From IMG/VR virus record IMGVR_UViG_3300008108_000023, positions 64,001-128,000 of that record: DNA of 64,000 nucleotides. One strand, given 5' to 3'. The notes beneath the pieces were generated by a model. It was not told where the DNA came from. It saw only the letters and a list, made by a program, of their open reading frames with translations, and made no database searches. Positions 28,801 to 38,700 of this stretch are shown in pieces (the stretch's first letter is position 1; every line of letters starts with the position of its first letter). The position numbers were made by a program, and so were the translations under genes. This DNA is from a virus. Lineage: Duplodnaviria > Heunggongvirae > Uroviricota > Caudoviricetes.

Positions 28801-31800
28801 GTGTTGGTAGGTGTGTTTGTTGGGGTATTGGTTGGAGTTACCGTATTCGTCGGAGTATTAGTAGGGGTGTTAGTTGGAGTTACAGTGTTTGTTGGTGTGT
28901 TTGTAGGGGTATTGGTAGGTGTTACTGTGTTAGTAGGAGTATTTGTAGGAGTATTGGTTGGTGTTACGGTATTTGTAGGAGTTACAGTTGGTGTTAATGT
29001 AGGAGTCACCGTGTTTGTTGGGGTATTGGTGGGAGTATTTGTAGGGGTTACCGTATTTGTCGGTGTATTGGTTGGTGTTAAAGTAGGTGTAACCGTTCTT
29101 GTTGGAGTGTTAGTTGGTGTAACCGTATTTGTAGGAGTATTAGTAGGGGTGTTGGTAGGGGTTACAGTATTCGTAGGGGTATTGGTTGGTGTATTCGTGG
29201 GTGTGACAGTATTAGTTGGTGTTACGGTTGGACTCAGTGTAGGGGTTACTGTATTGGTTGGAGTGTTAGTTGGGGTATTTGTAGGTGTAACTGTATTTGT
29301 TGGGGTGTTTGTAGGTGTATTAGTTGGTGTAACTGTATTAGTTGGTGTATTCGTAGGGGTTTGAGTTGGTGTAACAGTATTTGTAGGAGTCACAGTCGGA
29401 CTCAATGTGGGAGTCACGGTCTTAGTCGGTGTGTTAGTAGGGGTAACTGTGTTCGTAGGAGTTACCGTAGGACTCAATGTAGGGGTGACAGTGTTGGTTG
29501 GAGTATTGGTTGGTGTGTTGGTTGGTGTTACGGTGTTTGTAGGAGTTACTGTATTAGTAGGAGTGTTCGTAGGGGTATTGGTAGGGGTTACTGTGTTAGT
29601 TGGAGTGTTAGTAGGTGTATTGGTAGGAGTAACTGTATTGGTTGGTGTATTTGTGGGTGTAACAGTGTTAGTTGGTGTGTTAGTTGGTGTGTTGGTAGGA
29701 GTTACGGTGTTAGTTGGAGTATTTGTAGGTGTCTGAGTTGGTGTAACTGTATTCGTAGGGGTTACAGTCGGACTCAGTGTAGGTGTTACTGTGTTAGTCG
29801 GGGTAACTGTAGGTGTATTTGTTGGAGTTACAGTGTTGGTTGGGGTGTTGGTTGGAGTTACGGTGTTCGTTGGAGTATTGGTTGGTGTATTAGTTGGGGT
29901 TACTGTATTAGTTGGAGTATTGGTTGGGGTATTGGTTGGAGTTACAGTCTTGGTTGGTGTGTTGGTTGGTGTTACGGTGTTTGTTGGAGTATTGGTTGGA
30001 GTGTTTGTGGGGGTGTTGGTTGGTGTTACGGTGTTTGTTGGGGTGACTGTATTGGTTGGAGTGTTTGTTGGGGTGTTGGTGGGAGTATTTGTAGGGGTTA
30101 CCGTATTTGTCGGTGTATTGGTTGGTGTTAAAGTAGGTGTAACCGTTCTTGTTGGAGTTACAGTCGGACTCAATGTTGGAGTTACTGTATTGGTTGGTGT
30201 TAGTGTCGGGCTTAATGTTGGTGTAACAGTACTAGTTGGGGTATTGGTTGGGGTGTTGGTTGGAGTTACCGTATTGGTTGGTGTATTCGTCGGTGTATTT
30301 GTAGGTGTAACAGTATTCGTAGGTGTTACAGTTGGAGTATTGGTTGGGGTTACTGTGTTAGTTGGAGTATTGGTGGGGGTATTGGTTGGAGTAACAGTAT
30401 TTGTTGGTGTCACAGTCGGACTCAATGTTGGTGTAACAGTTTTTGTTGGGGTATTTGTCGGTGTCTGAGTTGGTGTTACGGTATTGGTTGGCGTATTGGT
30501 AGGAGTATTGGTTGGCGTATTTGTTGGAGTTACGGTATTAGTTGGTGTGACTGTATTGGTTGGGGTGTTAGTCGGCGTGTTCGTAGGGGTGTTGGTTGGT
30601 GTTACCGTATTTGTTGGTGTATTAGTAGGTGTGTTAGTAGGTGTTACTGTATTTGTAGGCGTGTTCGTGGGAGTCTGAGTTGGTGTTACAGTGTTAGTAG
30701 GAGTGTTAGTTGGCGTGTTAGTGGGTGTAACAGTATTAGTAGGAGTCACCGTTGGACTCAATGTAGGTGTAACAGTATTGGTTGGTGTGTTGGTCGGAGT
30801 GTTGGTAGGAGTTACAGTATTAGTAGGAGTCACCGTTGGACTCAATGTAGGTGTAACTGTATTTGTTGGGGTATTTGTTGGGGTATTGGTAGGAGTTACT
30901 GTATTAGTCGGAGTGTTGGTCGGGGTGTTGGTTGGAGTAACAGTGTTGGTGGGAGTATTGGTTGGAGTGTTAGTTGGTGTATTTGTTGGGGTTACGGTGT
31001 TGGTTGGAGATACCGTATTTGTAGGAGTATTGGTTGGAGTGTTAGTTGGGGTTAGTGTTGGGGTTACGGTGTTTGTTGGGGTATTGGTAGGTGTATTGGT
31101 TGGTGTAACGGTATTTGTAGGAGTAACAGTGTTGGTTGGAGTATTGGTAGGACTTAATGTTGGCGTATTAGTTGGGGTTACGGTGCTGGTTGGAGTCACT
31201 GTTGGACTCAATGTAGGTGTAACTGTATTTGTTGGTGTGTTGGTAGGAGTGTTTGTAGGAGTCACAGTATTAGTAGGAGTCACAGTTGGACTTAATGTGG
31301 GAGTTACTGTATTAGTTGGAGTGTTGGTAGGTGTGTTAGTTGGGGTTACTGTATTTGTCGGGGTATTGGTTGGGGTATTTGTTGGTGTAACGGTGTTGGT
31401 CGGAGTGTTTGTGGGAGTATTTGTAGGAGTTACTGTGTTCGTAGGAGTTACTGTAGGACTCAATGTTGGTGTTACTGTATTTGTTGGGGTGTTAGTAGGA
31501 GTGTTTGTTGGAGTCACCGTGTTTGTTGGGGTATTGGTGGGAGTATTTGTTGGTGTAACAGTATTTGTTGGGGTGTTAGTTGGGGTGTTGGTAGGAGTTA
31601 CCGTATTGGTTGGTGTGTTAGTTGGGGTGTTGGTAGGAGTTACCGTATTGGTTGGTGTGTTAGTAGGAGTGTTTGTTGGTGTAACAGTATTGGTTGGTGT
31701 GTTAGTAGGAGTGTTTGTTGGTGTAACAGTATTGGTAGGAGTTACAGTTGGGGTGTTGGTTGGAGTTACAGTATTAGTAGGCGTATTGGTAGGAGTATTA

Positions 31801-34800
31801 GTTGGAGTTACTGTATTTGTAGAAGTATTGGTAGGAGTATTGGTAGGGGTGACAGTATTGGTGGGCGTATTGGTAGGAGTATTGGTTGGGGTGACTGTAT
31901 TTGTTGGAGTATTTGTTGGGGTGTTAGTTGGAGTTACTGTATTTGTAGGAGTATTGGTAGGAGTATTGGTAGGGGTGACAGTATTGGTGGGGGTGTTTGT
32001 AGGAGTATTGGTAGGGGTGACAGTATTGGTTGGAGTATTAGTTGGGGTGACTGTATTTGTTGGAGTATTTGTTGGGGTGTTGGTAGGGGTGTTGGTAGGA
32101 GTTACAGTATTGGTTGGAGTAACTGTATTGGTTGGAGTGTTTGTCGGGGTATTTGTAGGTGTCAGTGTCGGTGTTACGGTATTTGTTGGAGTATTAGTAG
32201 GAGTGTTAGTTGGTGTAACCGTATTTGTTGGTGTATTTGTGGGTGTATTGGTAGGAGTAACTGTATTGGTAGCCGTATTGGTAGGAGTGTTGGTTGGTGT
32301 ATTAGTTGGTGTGACTGTATTGGTCGGAGTTACCGTCGGTGTATTTGTTGGGGTTACGGTATTGGTAGGGGTTACTGTTGGTGTATTCGTAGGCGTGTTT
32401 GTTGGGGTTACGGTATTTGTTGGAGTATTAGTGGGGGTATTCGTAGGTGTATTGGTTGGTGTTACGGTGTTAGTTGGGGTATTTGTAGGGGTTTGAGTTG
32501 GTGTAACGGTATTGGTTGGAGTCACTGTTGGACTCAATGTTGGCGTTACCGTATTGGTAGGAGTATTAGTTGGCGTATTGGTAGGAGTAACTGTGTTGGT
32601 TGGGGTGTTGGTAGGAGTGTTAGTTGGTGTTACAGTATTAGTTGGTGTGTTAGTTGGTGTGTTTGTTGGTGTTACGGTGTTCGTAGGGGTGTTAGTAGGT
32701 GTCAGTGTTGGGGATACCGTATTGGTAGGAGTGTTAGTTGGTGTATTTGTAGGGGTTACCGTATTGGTAGGAGTATTAGTTGGTGTATTTGTAGGAGTAG
32801 CAGTATTAGTAGGGGTATTTGTTGGAGTATTGGTCGGTGTTACAGTGTTTGTTGGAGTGTTGGTTGGTGTTACAGTGTTTGTTGGGGTGTTTGTCGGAGT
32901 GTTGGTTGGGGTATTCGTTGGTGTTACAGTATTTGTAGGGGTTACGGTGTTGGTTGGAGTATTGGTGGGGCTTAATGTTGGGGTATTTGTAGGGGTTACG
33001 GTGTTGGTTGGGGTCGCTGTTGGAGTCAATGTAGGTGTAACTGTATTGGTTGGGGTATTGGTAGGAGTATTGGTTGGGGTAACAGTATTGGTAGGAGTAA
33101 CTGTTGGACTCAATGTAGGAGTAACTGTATTGGTAGGAGTGTTTGTTGGTGTATTGGTTGGTGTTACAGTATTAGTTGGAGTATTTGTTGGAGTTAAAGT
33201 TGGTGTAACAGTTTTTGTTGGTGTATTAGTTGGGGTGTTAGTAGGAGTTACTGTATTGGTTGGTGTGTTTGTGGGAGTATTGGTTAATGTAACGGATGGT
33301 GTTACAGTGTTGGTTGGTGTTACCGTTGGAGTATTGGTGGGTGTTGGGGTGCTCGTTGGAGTTGGTGAGGGTAACATTGTATAATCAATGTCACAAGAAG
33401 GTGCTGGTGTTGGTGAAACCGTCACAGTTACACTTGGTGTATTTGTTGGAGTTACAGTATTGGTTGGAGTTACAGTATTTGTCGGGGTGTTTGTGGGGGT
33501 AACTGTATTGGTTGGAGTCACTGTTGGACTCAATGTTGGTGTTACAGTGTTAGTAGGAGTGTTGGTCGGCGTGTTAGTTGGAGTATTGGTTGGTGTTACG
33601 GTGTTAGTTGGTGTTACCGTAGGACTCAATGTAGGAGTCACAGTATTGGTAGGTGTATTGGTTGGAGTATTGGTTGGTGTTACGGTGTTAGTTGGTGTTA
33701 CCGTAGGACTCAATGTAGGAGTCACAGTATTCGTTGGTGTGTTTGTAGGTGTATTAGTCGGAGTTACGGTGTTGGTTGGAGTTACGGTATTTGTGGGAGT
33801 GTTTGTAGGAGTGTTGGTAGGAGTGTTTGTTGGAGTTACGGTGTTGGTTGGGGTATTGGTTGGGGTATTGGTTGGTGTAACGGTATTTGTAGGAGTATTT
33901 GTAGGTGTCTGAGTTGGAGTTACTGTATTCGTCGGTGTGTTTGTTGGGGTGTTGGTAGGAGTTACGGTATTGGTAGGACTTAATGTTGGAGTGTTAGTTG
34001 GAGTATTTGTTGGAGTTACTGTGTTGGTTGGAGTATTCGTAGGTGTAACCGTATTTGTTGGTGTATTAGTTGGGGTGTTTGTAGGTGTATTAGTTGGTGT
34101 CACAGTTTCTGTTGGAGTCACTGTAACAGTATTGGTTGGTGTGACTGTATTGGTAGGGGTTACGGTGTTGGTTGGTGTAAGTGTTGGTGTTTCTGTGGGA
34201 GTATTTGTTGGTGTGTTGGTGGGGGTATTTGTTGGTGTTTCGGTTGGTGTATTTGTAGGTGTATTAGTTGGAGCTACCGTATTTGTTGGAGTTACAGTTG
34301 GAGTGTTAGTTGGGGTAACCGTTGGTGTAACAGTATTGGTAGGAGTATTGGTTGGGGTTTGAGTTGGTGTAACGGTTGCAGTATTTGTTGGTGTTAGGGT
34401 AGGTGTTTCAGTTTGTGTTACAGTGGGTGTATTGGTTGGAGTTACAGTATTGGTTGGAGTTACAGTTGAGGTATTAGTCGGAGTGTTAGTTGGTGTTATG
34501 GTGTTGGTTGGGGTATTGGTAGGTGTTTCGGTAGGGGTAACGGTTGGACTCAGTGTTGGTGTTACTGTGTTAGTCGGAGTATTAGTTGGGGTGTTGGTTG
34601 GTGTTTCGGTAGGGGTAACGGTTAGGGTTACGGTGTTGGTTGGAGTATTGGTTGGTGTTTCGGTTGGTGTTTCGGTTGGTGTATTAGTTGGGGTAACAGT
34701 ATTGGTTGGAGTTACAGTTGGGGTAACAGTTGGGGTAACAGTTGGAGTTACGGTGTTGGTTGGGGTATTGGTTGGTGTTTCGGTTGGTGTTTCGGTTGGT

Positions 34801-35500
34801 GTATTAGTTGGGGTAACAGTATTTGTTGGGGTGTTAGTGGGTGTTTCAGTCGGTGTATTAGTTGGGGTATTGGTTGGTGTTTCGGTAGGGGTTACTGTAT
34901 GAGTTGGTGTATTGGTAGGTGTTTCGGTAGGGGTTACCGTATTTGTTGGAGTTACAGTTGGAGTTTCGGTAGGGGTAACTGTATTTGTTGGGGTGTTGGT
35001 AGGTGTTTCAGTTGGTGTATTGGTTGGGGTTACCGTATTTGTTGGGGTTACAGTTGGAGTTTCGGTCGGAGTAACAGTTGGTGTCTCGGTTGGTGTAACT
35101 GTATTCGTAGGAGTTACAGTAGGTGTGTTGGCTGGTGATTCGGTTGGAGTTACTGTGTTAGTTGGGGTAACTGTAGGAGTTTCAGTTGGGGTAACCGTTG
35201 GGGTATTTGTTGGGGTATTGGTTGGAGTTACTGTGTTAGTTGGAGTAACTGTAGGAGTTTCAGTTGGGGTAACTGTAGGCTCGTTTGTTGGAGTATTAGT
35301 CGGAGTTACGGTATTCGTAGGAGTATTTGTTGGAGTGATAGTATTGGTTGGGGTAACAGTAGGTGTTTTTGTAACCGTAGGTGTAACAGTAGGGGTTTTG
35401 GTAACTGTTGGGGTTGGGGTATTTGAAGTAAAGGTTGTTGGTGTTGGTGTTAATGATGGTGTAAGTGTTGGTGAAGGTGTAGGTGAAGGTGTAGGGCAAG
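21560..35500 (-). repeat. ~14-kb coding tandem repeat of 12-nt (4-codon) units [16 protein letters not shown], synonymously diversified
   Basis: The plus strand is almost continuously gt(a/g)tt(a/g/t)gt(t/a/c)gg(a/t/g)-type units. One short non-repeat island ([11 protein letters not shown]) lies at ~33370-33405. Confidence 0.97.
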
Positions 35501-35690
35501 GAATCTCAGCCACACAAGTTTTATCAAGTGACGGAAAATAAACTGAGTAAGTACCTAAGTAGTAGTTTGTGTCGTAATAATATGGCATCACGACAGTACC
35601 TAAATTCAAGGTACCGCCAGTACAAGGATAAAATGTGATAACACCAATTTCACCATCAAAATTACCTGTGTTTATTTTTATTAATGCCAT
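22944..35690 (-). CDS. Giant mucin-like Thr/Pro/Asn/Val repeat protein (4,248 aa as called; frameshifted at ~23085)
   Basis: ATG at 35690, ~65-aa globular N-domain ([14 protein letters not shown]...CVAEIPC), then >4,100 residues of TPTN/TVTP repeats. The last ~46 aa (KQEHQQLLL...) are out-of-frame repeat. Confidence 0.85.
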   Translation of the reverse strand: MALIKINTGNFDGEIGVITFYPCTGGTLNLGTVVMPYYYDTNYYLGTYSVYFPSLDKTCVAEIPCPTPSPTPSPTLTPSLTPTPTTFTSNTPTPTVTKTPTVTPTVTKTPTVTPTNTITPTNTPTNTVTPTNTPTNEPTVTPTETPTVTPTNTVTPTNTPTNTPTVTPTETPTVTPTNTVTPTESPANTPTVTPTNTVTPTETPTVTPTETPTVTPTNTVTPTNTPTETPTNTPTNTVTPTETPTVTPTNTVTPTETPTNTPTHTVTPTETPTNTPTNTPTETPTNTPTNTVTPTNTPTETPTETPTNTPTNTVTPTVTPTVTPTVTPTNTVTPTNTPTETPTETPTNTPTNTVTLTVTPTETPTNTPTNTPTNTVTPTLSPTVTPTETPTNTPTNTITPTNTPTNTSTVTPTNTVTPTNTPTVTQTETPTLTPTNTATVTPTQTPTNTPTNTVTPTVTPTNTPTVTPTNTVAPTNTPTNTPTETPTNTPTNTPTNTPTETPTLTPTNTVTPTNTVTPTNTVTVTPTETVTPTNTPTNTPTNTPTNTVTPTNTPTNTVTPTNTPTNTPTLSPTNTVTPTNTPTNTPTNTVTPTQTPTNTPTNTVTPTNTPTNTPTNTVTPTNTPTNTPTNTPTNTVTPTNTVTPTNTPTNTPTNTVTPTLSPTVTPTNTVTPTNTPTNTPTNTVTPTLSPTVTPTNTVTPTNTPTNTPTNTPTNTVTPTLSPTVTPTNTVTPTNTPTNTVTPTNTVTPTNTPSVTVTVSPTPAPSCDIDYTMLPSPTPTSTPTPTNTPTVTPTNTVTPSVTLTNTPTNTPTNTVTPTNTPTNTPTKTVTPTLTPTNTPTNTVTPTNTPTNTPTNTVTPTLSPTVTPTNTVTPTNTPTNTPTNTVTPTLTPTATPTNTVTPTNTPTLSPTNTPTNTVTPTNTVTPTNTPTNTPTNTPTNTVTPTNTPTNTVTPTNTPTNTPTNTATPTNTPTNTPTNTVTPTNTPTNTPTNTVSPTLTPTNTPTNTVTPTNTPTNTPTNTVTPTNTPTNTPTNTVTPTNTPTNTPTNTVTPTLSPTVTPTNTVTPTQTPTNTPTNTVTPTNTPTNTPTNTPTNTVTPTNTPTNTPTVTPTNTVTPTNTPTVTPTNTVTPTNTPTNTPTNTATNTVTPTNTPTNTPTNTVTPTNTPTNTPTNTVTPTLTPTNTPTNTPTNTVTPTNTVTPTNTPTNTPTNTPTNTVTPTNTPTNTVTPTNTPTNTPTNTVTPTNTPTNTPTNTVTPTNTPTNTPTNTVTPTNTPTNTPTNTVTPTNTPTNTSTNTVTPTNTPTNTPTNTVTPTNTPTVTPTNTVTPTNTPTNTPTNTVTPTNTPTNTPTNTVTPTNTPTNTPTNTVTPTNTPTNTPTNTVTPTNTPTNTPTNTVTPTNTPTNTPTNTVTPTLSPTVTPTNTVTPTNTPTNTPTNTVTPTNTPTNTPTNTVTPTNTPTNTPTNTVTPTLSPTVTPTNTVTPTNTPTNTPTNTVTPTLSPTVTPTSTVTPTNTPTLSPTNTPTNTVTPTNTVTPTNTPTNTPTNTVTPTLTPTNTPTNTPTNTVSPTNTVTPTNTPTNTPTNTPTNTVTPTNTPTNTPTNTVTPTNTPTNTPTNTVTPTLSPTVTPTNTVTPTNTPTNTPTNTVTPTLSPTVTPTNTVTPTNTPTNTPTNTVTPTQTPTNTPTNTVTPTNTPTNTPTNTVTPTNTPTNTPTNTPTNTVTPTNTVTPTNTPTNTPTNTPTNTVTPTQTPTNTPTKTVTPTLSPTVTPTNTVTPTNTPTNTPTNTVTPTNTPTVTPTNTVTPTNTPTNTPTNTVTPTNTPTNTPTSTVTPTLSPTLTPTNTVTPTLSPTVTPTRTVTPTLTPTNTPTNTVTPTNTPTNTPTNTPTNTVTPTNTVTPTNTPTNTPTNTPTNTVTPTNTPTKTVTPTNTPTNTPTNTVTPTNTPTNTPTNTVTPTNTPTNTVTPTNTPTVTPTNTVTPTLSPTVTPTNTVTPTQTPTNTPTNTVTPTNTPTNTPTNTVTPTNTPTNTVTPTNTPTNTPTNTVTPTNTPTNTPTNTVTPTNTVTPTNTPTNTPTNTVTPTLSPTVTPTNTVTPTNTPTKTVTPTLSPTVTPTNTVTPTQTPTNTPTNTVTPTNTPTNTPTNTVTPTNTPTNTPTNTVTPTLSPTVTPTNTVTPTNTPTNTPTNTVTPTNTPTNTPTNTVTPTNTPTRTVTPTLTPTNTPTNTVTPTNTPTNTPTNTVTPTLTPTVTPTNTVTPTNTPTNTPTNTVTPTNTPTNTPTNTVTPTNTPTNTPTNTVTPTNTPTNTPTNTVTPTNTPTKTVTPTLSPTVTPTNTVTPTNTPTNTPTNTVTPTNTPTNTPTNTVTPTNTPTNTPTNTVTPTLSPTVTPTNTVTPTNTPTNTPTNTVTPTLSPTVTPTNTVTPTNTPTNTPTNTVTPTSTPTRTVTPTLTPTNTPTNTVTPTNTPTNTPTNTVTPTNTPTNTPTNTVTPTNTPTNTPTNTVTPTNTPTRTVTPTLTPTNTPTNTVTPTNTPTNTPTNTVTPTNTPTNTPTNTVTPTLSPTVTPTNTVTPTNTPTNTPTNTVTPTNTPTKTVTPTLSPTVTPTNTVTPTNTPTNTPTNTVTPTNTPTNTPTNTVTPTNTPTNTITPTNTPTKTVTPTLTPTNTPTNTPTNTVTPTNTVTPTNTPTNTVTPTNTPTNTPTNTPTNTVTPTNTPTKTVTPTLTPTNTVTPTNTPTNTPTNTVTPTNTPTNTPTNTVTPTNTPTNTVTPTLSPTVTPTNTVTPTNTPTKTVTPTLTPTNTPTNTVTPTNTPTNTVTPTNTPTNTPTNTVTPTQTPTNTPTNTVTPTNTPTNTVTPTLSPTVTPTNTVTPTNTPTNTPTNTVTPTNTPTKTVTPTLTPTNTPTNTVTPTNTPTNTVTPTLTPTNTPTNTPTNTVTPTNTVTPTNTPTKTVTPTQTPTNTPTNTPTNTVTPTNTVTPTNTPTNTVTPTNTVTPTNTVTPTNTVTPTNTVTPTNTPTRTVTPTLTPTNTPTNTVTPTNTPTNTPTNTVTPTNTPTNTVTPTNTPTNTPTKTVTPTLTPTVTPTNTVTPTNTPTNTNTPTNTPTNTPTNTVTPTNTPTKTVTPTLTPTNTPTNTPTNTVTPTNTVTPTNTPTKTVTPTLTPTNTPTNTVTPTNTPTNTPTNTVTPTNTPTKTVTPTLTPTNTPTNTVTPTNTPTNTPTNTVTPTNTVTPTLSPTNTPTNTVTPTNTPTNTPTNTVTPTNTPTKTVTPTLTPTNTPTNTPTNTVTPTNTVTPTNTPTNTVTPTNTVTPTNTVTPTNTVTPTNTVTPTNTPTKTVTPTLTPTNTPTNTVTPTQTPTNTPTNTVTPTNTPTKTVTPTLTPTNTPTNTVTPTQTPTNTPTNTVTPTNTVTPTNTPTNTPTNTVTPTLTPTNTPTNTVTPTNTPTKTVTPTLTPTNTPTNTPTNSVTPTNTVTPTNTPTNTVTPTNTVTPTNTVTPTNTVTPTNTVTPTNTPTKTVTPTQTPTNTPTNTVTPTNTPTNTPTNTVTPTNTPTKTVTPTLTPTNTPTNTVTPTNTPTKTVTPTLTPTNTVTPTNTPTNTPTNTVTPTNTPTNTVTPTLSPTVTPTNTVTPTNTPTKTVTPTLTPTNTPTNTVTPTNTPTNTPTKTVTPTVTPTNTVTPTNTPTNTPTNTVTPTLSPTVTPTNTVTPTNTPTNTPTNTVTPTNTPTNTPTNTVTPTNTPTNTPTNTVTPTNTPTNTPTNTVTPTNTPTKTVTPTLTPTNTPTNTPTNTVTPTNTVTPTNTPTKTVTPTNTPTNTPTNTPTNTVTPTNTVTPTNTPTNTPTKTVTPTLSPTVTPTNTVTPTNTPTNTVTPTNTPTKTVTPTLTPTNTPTNTVTPTLSPTVTPTNTVTPTNTPTNTPTKTVTPTLTPTNTVTPTLTPTNTPTNTPTNTPTNTVTPTNTVTPTNTPTNTPTKTVTPTLTPTNTPTNTVTPTNTPTRTVTPTLTPTNTPTNTVTPTNTPTNTPTNTVTPTNTPTNTVTPTNTPTKTVTPTLTPTNTPTNTPTNTVTPTNTPTNTVTPTNTPTNTPTNTVTPTNTPTKTVTPTLTPTNTPTNTPTNTVTPTNTVTPTNTPTKTVTPTNTPTNTPTNTVTPTNTPTNTPTNTVTPTNTPTNTVTPTQTPTNTPTKTVTPTLTPTNTVTPTLSPTNTPTNTVTPTNTPTNTPTNTVTPTNTPTNTPTNTVKQEHQQLLLVQQILQQILLRILLHQPIHLPIHLLILLHLLTLQPKL

Positions 35691-35730
35691 TTAAATCTAC
35701 AGTCTTATCTATATCTATTTTTATTATAAA

Positions 35731-35759
35731 AATATACTCATTTATTCGGGTATTGTCAA
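35731..35759 (-). promoter_or_regulatory. Sigma-70-type promoter TTGACA-N17-TATATT upstream of the giant repeat gene
   Basis: Minus strand TTGACA-ATACCCGAATAAATGAG-TATATT, about 40 nt before the ATG at 35690. Confidence 0.6.
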
Positions 35760-35780
35760 CGTCTATTTTTACAGTTTTTA

Positions 35781-38700
35781 TCATGGACAATCAAAAATGG
35801 AACTACTTAATTCCTCATTAGTTGGTTCTGTAGGACAATGGTTGGCATCGATATAATATTGACCGAGGTTGAATCCAATATTTGGATGTTTATCGTATTT
35901 GTGTTTCATCAGAATTTGGTCGCTGTTATTTCCATTGAAAACAACAACAAATTCATCAGTTAGTGGTGTATTGTCTAATTCAAAATTTAGATTGAAGTAT
36001 AATCCTGTATCGCAATAATTTAAGTCGACATCAATTACTTCTATGGTTTTACCATATTTGTTTATTAAATAATCCCCATGGTTATATAATTCTTTCGGAT
36101 GGTCACAACAAGGTTCAATAAAATCTGTTGGTTTTTTTTGTAATTCCTCTGGGAACCTATCGTCAAAAAAGTAAACACTATTTGTAGGTGTTCCAAAATT
36201 TTCAATGATTCTATTTGTATAAACTCTTAGTTGTGTTGTTGGTAAAACTTCAAAAACTTCATAAGTATTATTTTGGGTTAATCCTGTAATGATACTTTTC
36301 TTGATTGATGCTAAACATTCAATGTCTGTAATTTCAAGTTTTTGATAGTTGTACGTAAATGAATACCCTGATACAGGTCCATTCACAATTTGTTGGTGAC
36401 TATATTCTGTACATTGTTTGTAAGATGCAGATAAAACATATTCCCCAACATTTAAATCACAAACACTTTTACCACTTATCGTACCACCACTAATATAACT
36501 TTCAATATTGTCATCTGTAGTTTGGTTGTCAATGGTTAATCCGCTATCAACTACTAAAACTATAGAGTCACATTTTAAACCATAGTTAAAGTTTGATTTG
36601 TATTCAACTTTTGGTTGTATTGTGTAACCTGTGTAATTGTCACAATATGTTGCACCTGAAACAACTGAAATTGGGGATGATATTGTTCCTTGGTAACCAA
36701 CAATACTAAATAATTCTACGTGACTTTTTCCTGATGGTGTTGGACATGGGTCATGTTCAATTTTGGGTTGTAGACCTTCAATTTTGAATTTTACTTCTTT
36801 ATTTGCTGCATCTACAATATTAAAATCTATTACATCATTTTCTGAAAAACCAGTTAATTTATATACACAATCACTAACTTTTTGAATGTAAACATCCGCA
36901 TTTTCATTTGTTCCACTTACACAATTAGCATAAATGTTAAATGGCCATGTTGAACCTTGTTGGATACCTGTTTTGTATCCAATTACTTCAAAAAACACAT
37001 CACTCACTAATGTACATCCACTGTTTGAGTCGCAATAAACGGTATTATCAGTATAAACTTTAACACTGATTCCATTTGTATTTTTTGTGATTTTGTAATC
37101 GGCATCAAATCGATAATCAAAATAGTCGACCACTGAACATTCGTTTGGACCTAATTTTACGGATGAAAACTTAACTTTTTCAACACCATTTTCATCAGTG
37201 TATGTTGTGTATTTTATTAATGGTATTGTTTCTGAAAAATATGTTTGGCCTGTGGTTCCCGTGAAAGCAGAATAGGGTTCATACCCTGCACTATTTCTTG
37301 TAATAGTTACGTCATCAATCAATACAGATAACGCCGATAACCATAGTTCTTTAATTTTAGTAACATCAGGTTCAAGATAATCTTTATAATCACATATTAA
37401 GGAAAGATTTACCGTATCACCACTGGTGACCCCACTTGTACATCCTGTAAATGGTTGTGCATCAAATAATTTTGCACTGTTTGAAGTGTTACTTGTTCCA
37501 CTAACAATCACATACATAGAGGATGTTAGACCCGTGTAGTCGGCCCCACCATAAACTGTTCCATCAATTTCAATTACAGGATAGTAAGTAACACCTGTAA
37601 GGTTTATTAAACCTCTAAAATTATTTTCTTCACCTAAAATATTTTCTAAATCTTCCTCAATTACATTTTCAAAATCAGGGTATAGTTCCTCAATAAATTC
37701 TAATGGTTGACAATCATATCTATATTGATATTTTGGTCTACCAAACACGTTATTTTCTATTAAATTACCGCCGGTCCATTGAGTGGTTGATGGTACTAAT
37801 TGTTCAACTAATTGTGGCCAATAAGGTGATAATTTATTAACAAATTCAATAACATTTATTTGATTATATGGTGTAAAACCTGTTGTTTGTGATATATAAT
37901 CTCTATAGACATCTTCTAATTGAATATAATTTTTTTTGTAACGAATTTTGTTAGAATTTGTTACAAGTCCATGAATAAAGGTGTCTAAAAATTCAGCAAA
38001 AGTTTTACCTGTTTGGGGTAATAAAGTATTTGTACCAAAACTTATTAATAATTCTCTACTTTGTCTAAAGATATCATAATCTATACCTCGTGATGGTGAG
38101 ATATAAATTCCAATGTTTTTTCTATTTAAAATTAATAAATAATCATCCTCAATTGGTTTTCCGTCTTTATTATCGACCGCGGAAACCAATTCATAACCGG
38201 TATCTAAACCTGGTAATGTTCTATATAAATCAAAGTATTCTTCTCCGTATGTGTAGTTTTTATTCTTTGTTTTAATTGTTTTGGTGTTACCCGTTAGTAT
38301 TGAGTTACTACTGTCTAAAACGAGTGGAGTACGGTGTGATAATGTAATATCGTACCATCCTGAACCTTTACCAAAGAATATGTTTTCAGTTTCGTTATAT
38401 GCTCTTCTTGGTAGTCCAGTTTTTTCGTCTACAGGGTAACCCTCTCTGTCAAATGTTGTTGACGCTGAGTAGTAAACTTTAGAATATGTGAAACCTGTAC
38501 TATCAAAGGTGGCGTAAGAATATCTTTTGTTACCTTGAATCGCATCGTATATGTCTTGTTGTAAATTAAAACTAGATGGAATTGACGTTACTTTATAAAT
38601 GTATTCATCAATCCTAATCAAAGGCTCGGGTGCCCCCAAAAATTTTAAAAAGAAATCAATAGAGGATTTTGTTCCTTTTGATTTATAAATGTGAGCAAGA

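Noticed and set aside
21560-35500. Possible CRISPR array or non-coding satellite
   Set aside because: There is no constant repeat with unique spacers. Units vary at third codon positions and keep one reading frame for >4,100 codons, so the repeat is protein-coding.
21560-35500. Substrate for host Bacteroidota general O-glycosylation
   Set aside because: That system needs D-(S/T)-x motifs and acts in the periplasm. The tract lacks Asp and the protein has no signal peptide. Other glycosylation routes remain possible.
12956-35541. Many long plus-strand ORFs reading VGVTVLVGV... and MSWC... (up to 694 aa)
   Set aside because: They are antisense shadows of the T/P repeat: Thr/Pro/Asn codons give few stops on the opposite strand. 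They break at TGA wherever a Gln unit occurs, have no start context, and oppose the uniform minus-strand gene orientation.
12760-35690. Diversity-generating retroelement acting on fibre heads
   Set aside because: No reverse transcriptase is in the window, and I saw no template/variable repeat pair differing only at adenines. An element elsewhere in the genome cannot be excluded.
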